Shown here: positions 13,701 through 23,420 of the stretch, piece by piece
How positions within the stretch are numbered: position 1 is the first letter of the stretch
Layout: every line of letters begins with the position of its first letter
NCBI RefSeq assembly: GCF_009914755.1
Contig: NC_060941.1
Direction: 5' to 3' (one strand)
Source of the DNA: the human T2T-CHM13v2.0 reference genome, Homo sapiens
DNA: 64,000 nucleotides
Notes under the pieces: model-generated
The model's database searches: none
What the model saw: only the letters and a program-made list of their open reading frames with translations
Told to the model about the DNA's origin: nothing
Translations under genes and position numbers: made by a program

Positions 13701-15448
13701 CAGCCTGTTCCCCTCGGTGATTGCCTGGCGAAATTCAGGGTAAGGGCTGGGGACAGAGAGGATGCTGGAGGAAATCCAGAGCCTTAATCAATGTTAACCC
13801 TTTATAAATCTTAAAGGTACTCAGATGGCTTGTCTGATTTGAAAATTATTAATGACACTGGGGAGAAGTAAGGAAAGGCTATTTTATAACTAGTCAAATA
13901 TTCTGGAACAAGAGAGAGAGTTTGAAATAGACATGTAGAAGAGAAAGATGTAAAATATGGCCTTGTGAGATGCCACCCACTTCATATCTGGACATATGAC
14001 TGATATAAACCTTTACAAGTCACTTGAGAATTTTCACTCCTAGATGCAGAATGGAATAATAGAAGTCCCACTAGAGGAGTTGGGGTGACCCCAGGGCACA
14101 TTTTCTTGTCTGCCAGGTACACAACACATCTCACTGATGTATCACAGAGACAAATTTCTTAATAGGGTAGCCAAGCCCCACACAGAATGATTTCGGATAA
14201 GAGTCCCATTCCTTCCCTATGAGGAGAAAATTGGAAGCCAGACTGGGATTTGGAACAGAGTCCAGGGTGAGGGCAGAACTAGGGTTGTTTTCTCCTATCC
14301 AGAATCAGGTCTGGCTTAAAGGGAGGGGATTGACAGGGCTGAAGGAAGAGGCAGGAAACATGTCTCTCCACCCCAGTGCTGCTTAAATGTGGCTGCTCAA
14401 AGGGGCAATATCCTGCTCTCCTCTTCTGATGACTTCATGGGAAGTTGGCCGAGTCCCCACTTCTGCAGAAGAATGCAGGCAGAAGGGAGCACTACAAATG
14501 GGCTTTTCCTTGGGTGCTTAAGTGGCAGGTGTGAAGGGAAATGGGGTGGGTGCCTTCAATGGGAGGAGCCACTGAACTGGGGAATACTGCTGGTCCAGGG
14601 GCTTTCCCCTTTCCCTCCCAGCTTCCTCCCAACCCCAATTCCCTGCATCAACAAAGACAGTGCTCAAAAACCAGAACTCGTCCTAACACACTCAGGCACA
14701 GGTGTCCACAAGCCCAACCTCTTTCACCTCAACACCCTGAAATCCCGTTTGCTCTTAAAAGCACAGACAGGCCCAAGTAGACTGAGAGGTCTGAGCCAGC
14801 ACATCCTTGCTACTGGGAATTAAAAAACACCGTGATGTAAAGAAAGTGGTATTTGTGACACTGTAGTGCTTTAACAAGAAAATTGGGGGGGTAGAGGAGG
14901 GTGTGTCAGCAGGTTTCAAAGCATCACAATCAGTCCTGATGTGTTTGGGTAAGGCATGGAGGACATATCTCTGATCCCTGCTGGTACTCTCCAGTCCCGC
15001 ATCCTCCCGCAGTCTCTTGAAAGTGGTTAGATACCCGGGCAGGGCCCCGCGTCCATTTTGCCAGCCAGGAACCACCGAGTCTGGGAACTTTGAAAGCCAG
15101 GGGATGGGGGTGGTTGTTGCCAAGGCTCGGATTTCGGCGCCAGAGTTCTCAGCCAGGAAAGCAGTTGAAAATCAACACCCATCTGCCTCTTCTTTCTCAT
15201 CCCCCACCACTTTTTCCTTCACCCTTCTAGGACTGCACACAGATCCTAACCACCCCCCCCCCCAAAACACACACATTCACACACCCTTGGGCTGAGAAGA
15301 TTTTTGATTCTGAAGGCGGCAAACCCGCAGAACTCAAAGGGTCTCGCCACCCCTCTCTCTGCCCCGCGGCTATATACAATAAAACCCCATACACCCCAGA
15401 CATCACAACATAATCCAAATCAGCCAGTGACTTCGGCGCGTCCCGTAC

Positions 15449-15509
15449 CTGATATGCAGACGATGAAATTGGCTTGAAGAAGAAAAAGCACCTCCCAGAC
15501 TATTTCCAT
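15449..15509 (-). CDS. CA10: CA10 first coding segment (61 nt, signal peptide [20 protein letters not shown] + 1 nt); carbonic anhydrase-related protein 10, remainder of the gene lies left of the window
   Basis: Minus strand reads aggATGGAAATAGTCTGGGAGGTGCTTTTTCTTCTTCAAGCCAATTTCATCGTCTGCATATCAG|gtacgg. Strong Kozak context (A at -3, G at +4) and GT donor at 15448-15447. The peptide matches the CA10 N-terminus as I recall it ([27 protein letters not shown]...). It lies in a CpG island with a CCG repeat in the leader, a known CA10 trait. Confidence 0.96.
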
Positions 15510-16450
15510 CCTCTGATTCTCATTCCAAGTGCATCACTCGACGGGAAAACGGGGGGAAGGGGGGAGCCCGACACGGCACACACACATACACACTCGCACA
15601 CACTTCCGAGCGAGTGCACACTCGCACTCCCACCCGACAGCCGGCCAGGGACAGTCACCCCCAAGATCAATATCGCAGTTTGAATTGTTCCGGCAAATCT
15701 CCCCTCGGGCTCGACGGATGTGCGCCCCAGATGTGCTGACACATGTCCGATGCCTCGCTGCCTTGGAGGTCTCCCCGCTCGCGTGTCTCTTCTCTTCGCA
15801 CCAGCGGCGGAAACCGCACTAGCAGCGGCGGCGGCGGCGGCGGCGGCAGCAGCCACCTGAAGCCACCAACACTGGGCTCTTCCAGCAAAAACGAGACCCC
15901 GATTCGTCTGGCGCCCCAAGAAGACATAGACGATAGCCCCCCGCCGGGCTGCGCCGTGCAATTCCGGGCTCCCGGGAGCGCGTAGCTCGCTGGCTAAGCC
16001 CAGGCAGTCCGCGGCAAGTTGCCCTCGAAGTCCGCCCCCCTCACCGGGGCATGGTCGGAGGGTGGCTGCTGCGCTCCGGGGCAGTTCTTCTCCTGCTTCC
16101 GGGGGGCGGGGAAGGAGCAGACACAGCAGACACACAGAGAAAGAGAGGCAGGGATTATTGCCCGAAACCGCCAGCCGCCGGCAGCCTCCGCCGACCCTCC
16201 CTGCTCCCCAGGTCCGCGCGCAGCCTGCAGCCTCTCAGCCGGGTTCCGGCAGTGCGTCCAGGGCGCCGAGGGGAAGGGCTGGGCCCCGGGGACTGGGGCG
16301 CGGTGGGGGCACACAGACTCTCCAGGTCGCGCGCGCCCTTCCTGCTCCTCTGCTATTTTCCTGAACTCCCCAGAACCCCCAGTTGCCTGGCTTCCATCGC
16401 CCGCAACTAGCGCCGCTGTCGAGATTTTCCGCAATACAACTGCAGGGGTC
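15510..16450 (-). other. CA10: GC-rich 5' leader/UTR of CA10 (5' boundary approximate)
   Basis: Contiguous with the coding segment. Contains the CCG repeat, UG-rich tracts and uORFs. The TSS cannot be fixed from sequence alone. Confidence 0.6.
15821..15853. repeat. Trinucleotide repeat (AGC)2(GGC)7(AGC)2, i.e. a CCG repeat in the CA10 5' UTR
   Basis: Read directly; pure GGC x7 at 15827-15847. Confidence 0.97.
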
Positions 16451-17647
16451 GTTATTTCCTCGCCTACGGATCCCTACGCTTCCCAACTCAGAGAGGAGGA
16501 GGACAGGTGGGGGCGGGAGGGGGAGGAGGAGAAGGAGGCTTGGCCAGGTGAGCGTCCTCGCCGCCGCCGGGCGTCCCAGCGTCAGCTCCGCAGCCCGGCA
16601 CCCGGGGGCGGAGGCAGAAGGCCCGGGCGGGGAGGTGAGGCTGAGCGCGGCCATGAGGAGGAGGAGGAGGAGGCTGGGTGTCACAGCTTCAGGCCACCTT
16701 GGCCGCCGCCTCGGCCCCAGTCCCTGGCAGCCGCCTCCGCACTCCGCCCCGCCCTGGCTGCCTCTGTTACCCTCCAGGATTTTCGAGTTTCTCTTCTTAA
16801 AAAGAACTTCGTGCTGCGGGTTCGGCGCGGGAGACCCAGGCAGGACTCATCCTGGGAGTGCTGTGCTGTGCTCTCCCTCCGCTGCGAAATATTGGAGATT
16901 TTTTTTGCATAATTCATTCCCTGCCCTCTCCATTTCGTCCCTCTCATGCCCCCCACCCTTTACCCCTTTCCGTTCCAGTGCCAGAACACTACTTACCCCA
17001 GAGTTCTTTTCTCTGCAGGTTCCTAGACCAGGTGCAACTCTTGCCTGCAAGTCCCTGCCTCCCTCCTCCCGAAAAGGGGGAACACCGCCTTTCCAAGTCC
17101 GGGTGCCAGCAGCGGCTGCTGCCAACTGCGCCTTCGCCCAACTCCAGGAGGATCCGGGACTATTGGAAACCCGGGCTTTAGAGGAACGGGCTTCCCTTCT
17201 TGTCTTTCTTTTATTCTGCTTTTCTTTAGGGAAGCTCTAGTGCTTTGGAGGCTTTTGCTGGGCTCCAGGATACTTTCCGCCAACGACACTCAGCAGCTTC
17301 CACTGAAGGAGATTTCCCCACCAAACCCGCGCGCGCACACACACACACACCCAGCGCGCGGCTCTCCAGGGCCCCAGGGGAAAGTAGGGGCGGCGCGAGC
17401 ACCACCCACCCACCCAGGCCGAGGCCAGGGGCAGCCAGTCCGCAGAAGGTCTCGTGGGGAGGCGGGCTGTCTATAACCTAGGAAAGACTTGCACCCGGTT
17501 GCAGTGTGGATGCAGGGGAATTGAAGAAAACCCTGTGCTCAGAACTGCTTGCCTAAGAGGGCTGGGAACGAAAGGGGAAAGACAAAATCTCAACAGATTT
17601 GTCTGCTTCCATCGCTGCAGTGGTGGTTTGCGAAAGCTCAAACCTAC

Positions 17648-17750
17648 CTCTTTGGGGTTATTGAAGAAGAGGAGGGAGCGTAGAGGGAATCCCTGGGAAG
17701 ATCCAGGATTTCTCGGCGCGCTTGTCCCGATTGGGAACTGTGACGTTAGG
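17648..17750 (-). promoter_or_regulatory. Candidate upstream promoter and non-coding first exon of CA10
   Basis: Minus-strand donor AAGAG|GTAGGT (GT at 17647-17646), CCAAT box (ATTGG 17730-17734) and CRE-like TGACGTTA (17741-17748). Confidence 0.45.
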
Positions 17751-18521
17751 AGATTTTGCACAAGCGCGGATGAACACACACATAACAAACACAAACACAC
17801 ACATACCCCGCGGGGATTTTTTATCCACTTTTAATATTTGATGTTTAGAAGCTATTTCAGTATAAACCTCGGTCTAAGAACTGCACAAAGGGTAGATAAG
17901 TGGAGATGGAGGAGGGGAAGGAAAGGGTGCCCGTTCATCCGCACAGAGTCAATCTAGTGAATCTTCCCGTGTTGATCCCAGCACCCAGGCTGTGCGACAT
18001 CTGAGGGTGCGGAGTGGGAGCTAAAGGAGTTACATTACAGTGCTCCCAGGGTTCTTGAAGGGACTCCAACTGCCCAGGAGTCTGGCGGGTCTTTTTGCTG
18101 AGTGGCGGGGAGAAGAGGGAGGAAAAAGAGAGAACGCAGAGCAGATCAGCAGCTCTCTGAGCTGTCTGGGCTGGGCGGCTGCGGGAGCCAGAGCTACGTA
18201 GTCCCACCGACTCTAGGGATTCGAAAAAGGAACCGCCGACAGACCTGCCTACTCTTAAAGAAGGAGATGTGGCCGTGAGATCTGTTCTGTGAAACAAAGG
18301 CCAAGGACTCTAGGTGGTCAACACATTAAAAATCTAGGCCCAGATGAAATAAATCCAGCATTCTTATGTAGAGAGCTTCCAGGCTCAGCAGGGAAAAGCA
18401 TGAAACTTCAGAACATTAAAAGAATTCCGGATAGTGAGAATTAGCCCATTTGGGAAATATATGGGGGCATTTGTCTCCGTGCCTTGAAAGTAGACTGCAT
18501 GAAGAATTATTATTATTATTT

Positions 18522-18523
18522 TT

Positions 18524-18577
<54 letters not shown>
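18522..18577. repeat. (TTTC)14 microsatellite, preceded by (TTA)n and followed by a T-rich then an AG-rich tract
   Basis: Read directly. Confidence 0.95.
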
Positions 18578-18578
<1 letters not shown>

Positions 18579-18677
18579 CTCTTTTTTCTTTTTTCTTTTT
18601 CTTTTTTTGAGGAGAGAGGGAGAAAGAAAAAAAAAAAGCAGTCTGACAAAGATGAGCAGATTCCAGCCTGGTGAGAG

Positions 18678-18698
18678 TTCAGAACCGTGGACAGCGAC
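18678..18698 (+). promoter_or_regulatory. RE1/NRSE (REST-binding) element
   Basis: TTCAGAACCGTGGACAGCGAC versus consensus TTCAGCACCnnGGACAGCGCC: canonical 2-nt spacer, intact GGACAG right half, 2 mismatches outside the spacer. Located beside the promoter of a neuronal gene. Confidence 0.72.
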
Positions 18699-20714
18699 CT
18701 ACCATCCCTGCTTGGGTGGGGAGATAGGCTGGCAGAAGAGGTCTCTCCTCTGGAAGCAGAAGCATGGTGCCTGAATTTTTATGTCACTACCCACTCATTT
18801 ACTAATGAATTCTGCAATTATTAAGTGTCTTATATGTGTCAAACACTGTGGCAAGATGCTTGGGCTTTGTAATTGAAAATGCATTATCCTTGCTTTCAAA
18901 AAAATCTGCAGACCATATATCCCTCTATATTCTGCTTTAAGAGCCAATGCCAGTAAAATAATACTTTATTTCCACCCTTTCAGTCTGCATACTCACCTCC
19001 AGCATTCCCAAAGAATATTTAATCTGTGATCTGCCACTAAGTGCTTTCAGTTTTTAAAAAAGGCAACTCACATGACAGTATTTGTTAGTTTAAAAAAAGT
19101 TTGAGTGTATTGATTGTTGTGTGTGAAGTATTATGTGTATTGATTGTTATGTGTGAAGACTATGTGTGAAGCATTCTGAATCCCTTACATAAATTATCTC
19201 ATTTAATCATCATAATGTGATGGTGAGATAAATGTCATTATCACTTCCCTTTTACTGACAATAAAACAATACCAGGGTAGTTATTTGCCCAAGGCTCCAC
19301 AGCTGCAAATCAGTAGTGTAGAGACCATAGCTGGAAAGTCTAAACTCAGAAGTCATGTCACACCACTTCCTTATATGCTCTGTAAAATGAAAAATATCAT
19401 CTTGGGGAGGTTATTTTGCACTTAAAGAGAACAGAAGTACACATATGACAGCTGGAAGTTAATCAAAGGTGGTATTAAAATTTAATGGTAGACAATGCAA
19501 TTTAGAACCCAACTACATTAGTTGGGATAAGGAAAAGATCACTGGGAATCAGAAGTAATCAAAAGCGTTTCTAATGATAGAATTTTGGCACCTGCTAGAT
19601 GTCAGTTCTGGTTCTGGCACTTGGAATACAGCAGTGAACACAATAGTCCCCAACATATTGATTCCATACTAGCAATTGCTAGAAGAAAGAGCCATACATT
19701 TTTGAGTCATTTCTAGGCTACTACATTTCTAGAGTAGGTTGCTATATGTTTTTCTGAGAAATTCACCATCTTAATACAGAAAATAACTCAGTAAAAAAAA
19801 AATGCATTAAATAGAAGCCTTTAAATTTAAGTAAATTCTGCCTCTCTTTTTTGTTGTTTTTTTAGCCCAAAAAACAAACCAAATAAATGTGGGAAAAAAA
19901 TTCCATGAAGCTAGAAAATATTCTTAGACGTTTTCATATTTTAATGTGCTTATATGTATATCTAAATAACTACAAAGAATCTCTCCACATCATACCCGCC
20001 TTTATCTTTTGTTCCTTTCCTACTCCTCTACATTTCTGCACTACAAATCAAGTGTAAGTATCTTACACATTTAACAGAGAGTCTTGGCCAAGCCCACCCA
20101 AGTGTGAGAGATACCAATTGTCCTATAGAAAGCAAGGAATTATATTTCCATTTTCCAAGAGAGAATAATATTAAATTCCTTTGGGTTCTTCCTGTACCTT
20201 CTCTTTCACTCAACGCCATAGAAGAAGGGATGACTCAACTGATGATAAACTTTTAAGAGTTTGACTTTCATTAGGGTGCATTTATCAGAGGCCAAGCACA
20301 CTGTATTAGAAGACAAAGGAAATCTATACCTCTTCCCACTTCTCTATTTTCTTGGTAATGCTACCTTCAGGCACAGTGAGCTCACAATTTTAGTGTGTGT
20401 ACCTATGCATATTTATTTTGTATGCCACTCTCAAAGAGCAGAGCTAGTAAGGTCTCTGCTTTCTTGCAGTACTTAGCTTTCTGGGGCCAGTCACAATCAT
20501 GCATGTGGCTGGGAAAGCATATTTAGAGCCTTCTTTGTAGACCCAACCATCCTTATAAGTGATGTTCTAGTTTTGAATTTGGGGTGAATAATTGGAAAAT
20601 GCCACTTCAAAACACATCAAGCTCTATTTAAGGACTGTCCCATTCCCATTTAGAAAATGTTTCTATTTTTAATTGCTTAGATGCCAGAGGGAAAGAAAAG
20701 TTAGTGATGAAGCT

Positions 20715-22420
20715 ACCCCTAACTTCTACCAAAAAGATAAAATTACCCAAATAAATGGAAAGATATACCATGTTCATGAATGAGAAAGCTCAATATTGTT
20801 AAAATACCAATTTTCCCCAAACTGATCTATAGAGTCAATATAATCCTAATAAAAATCCCAGCAAATTTTTAAATAGAAATTGTCAAGCTGTTTCTAAAAT
20901 CCATATAAAAATACTAGGGAACTAAAATAGCCAAAACACTTTGGAAAAAGATAAACAAAGCTGGAATATTTAAATTATGTAACTTCAAGGCTTATAAAGC
21001 TATAGTAATCAAGACAATGTAGTACAAGACAATGTAGTAGAATATAGACAAATCAATAGAACAGAGAGAGTCTAAAAATAGTCTGACATATATTGATTGA
21101 GTTGATTTTCAACAAAGGTGCACACTCATTTCCTTGGAGGAAGAATAGTCTTTTTAACAAATCGCCTTTTCAATATTTCGATGTCTATTTTTGAGAAAAA
21201 ATAAAGATGAACTACAATCCATACCTTACACTATATAAAAAAAAGATGAACTCAAAATGGATTATAAACCTAAATGTAAAACCCAAGCCTTTAAAACTAC
21301 TCAAAATAAATAAAAGAAAATCTTTGTAAGTTTGGGTTAGACAAAGATTTTCTACAGATGACACTAATATCATTATTAATTAAAAAATAATTGAACTTTG
21401 TTGGAATTAAGAACTAATATTCTTCAAAAGATAATTTTAAATAATTTTTAAAAGTCATAATCTAAGAGAAAATATTGGGAAATTATATATGGCACAAATG
21501 ACTTGTAAGCAAAATAGGTAATAATTCTCAAAACTCAATTTATTAAAACAAAAATTTTAAAATGGGCAAATGATTTGAATAGACACTTTACCATAAAGAT
21601 ATAGTAATGGCAATTAAGAATATAGAAAAATGCTCAACGTTATTAGTCATTAGGAAAATAAAAATTAAAACTCCAATGAGATACCAGTATACATATATTA
21701 GTTTGGCTAAAACTAAAAACAAAGCAAAACAAAATAAAAAACAATACCAAGAGTTGGTGAGAATGTGGGGCAGCTGGAACTCTCATGCATTGCTGGTCAG
21801 GTAAAATTATGCAACGACTTTAGAGAAATGTTTGGCAGTTTTAAAAAATTAAATATTAATATATATAAAGCATATGACGTCGCCATTTTGCTCATAGATA
21901 TTTATCCTAGAGAAAGAAAAGCTAATGTTTATATGATACTTTTACTCAAATGTTCGTAGTCCTTTATTTGTAATAGACATAACTAAAAACAACCCATACG
22001 CCCATCAACGAATCAATAGACAATTGAATTTTGAAATAATTATGCAGCAATACAAAAGTAATGAACTATTGCAACATGGAACAACATGGATTAATCTCAA
22101 AATTATTACACTGAGTGAAAGAAGTCAGATAAAATAGAGTGCATATAGTATGATTCCATTTATACGAGATTTTAGAAAGTATAGGCTAATTTACACTGAC
22201 AGAAAGCAGAATAGTGGTTGCCTGGGGAGGCAGGCCAGAAAATGGGGAGGAATGGGAGGGAGAGACTGGAACAGCGTAAGGAAACTTTTTGGGTTAATGG
22301 CTATATTAATTATCTTAATTATGTTGATGGTTTATGGGTGTACACATATGTCAGAAATTATCAAAATATACATTTTAAACACATGCAGTTTGTTTTAGGT
22401 CAGTTATACCTGATAATAAT
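20715..22420 (+). mobile_element. Old mammalian L1 (L1M) ORF2 3' part and 3' UTR, degenerate
   Basis: aataaatggaaagatataccatgttcatg onward; ORF remnants such as IKTPMRYQYT; L1M-type 3' UTR. Confidence 0.85.
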
Positions 22421-23420
22421 CCAGCCAAATGAATGAATTAGTTTTTTGAAAATATAAGGCAGAAACTGTAATTATAAATAGATATTTTTAAAAGTGTGGC
22501 TGGACTAGGCTTAGAGAAACTCAACATTACCGAACTGTTGTTTCTCTGCACAAGATGTTACTTACTACTAAATTACTTAAACTTTGAGAAATATTAAAAG
22601 GAGTTGTATGTCTCCGCAATTTGTAAGCTCTGGTGTAAAACAAATAGCTCTGATGTTGTAGCTATATCTTTATCTGCTTTACAGGTATTGGATTATTATA
22701 TTATAAAGTAATTATCCTGTTGGTACCATAGGGTAAAATTCCATTATTAACTGGGCAGATTTCCTTTGGAGACAGTGGAAAATACCCAGGTTTGCCAGAC
22801 TTGGAGAGAGGCAGATCTTGGGATAGAAATAAAGACTCGAAAGATGAGCCTTAGACTGTGGCTTAGCAACAAATGCTTTGTTCATTGAGCAAGGATGATA
22901 GGTTAAAGTGTCTATGTACACTCGCGGGCATGTATAATGGTGCTGGGAAAGCTGAATACTGTGATTGGGTTGTGGGCTGTGAGCTAGTCAGGGAAGAAGG
23001 CTTTATAAGACAGAAATGTACACTGAAGTGACCTAATAAAATTGGCAATGTAACTCTGATCTGAGAGTAATCACATCTGGTAACCAGTGACAAGTTAGCC
23101 TCAATGTTATTCCTTTCTACCAGCTCTTCAGATAACTATTTATAAACATTGTAACTTATTTTGGAAAAATTCCCTGCAAACGCATGGACTAAAATGATGA
23201 GGGGAATTGCCACAGTTCTGAAACCAATGTGGAGATGGTAGGAGAAGCGGAAACAAACCTTGGTGGTACCTCAAATCATGGAGTAGAATGGACAGCGACA
23301 CAAAGGGCAGACCTGTGGCAGAACAGAGGTGGGGGATGGTGAAGACACTGGTGATAACAGGGATTATGAACAGATGAATCAACCCCGAAGGGACTCCCCA
23401 AGAGTTAGTAGGGATTCCAA

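Larger units (their letters stand above)
1..15448 (-). other. CA10: CA10 intron following the first coding exon (continues beyond the left edge)
   Basis: Begins at the GT donor at 15448. No sequence encoding the next CA10 residues (AQQNSPKIHEGWWAY) was seen in 1-15448. Confidence 0.88.
15000..18250. promoter_or_regulatory. CpG island / CA10 promoter region
   Basis: Sharp rise in GC and CpG density against a CpG-depleted background. GC boxes (ggggcggg at ~16103 and ~16510) and G-runs are present. Confidence 0.92.

Noticed and set aside
15371-15385. TATATA / AATAAA just inside the intron on the plus strand
   Set aside because: Wrong strand for CA10 polyadenylation, and no supporting context for an antisense promoter or terminator.
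15994-17834. Many overlapping 80-300 aa ORFs in the CpG island (e.g. 16019-16912, 16383-17240)
   Set aside because: Low-complexity Arg/Pro/Gly/Ala products with no recognisable domain. Stop codons are rare in GC-rich DNA, and several start at TTG/GTG.
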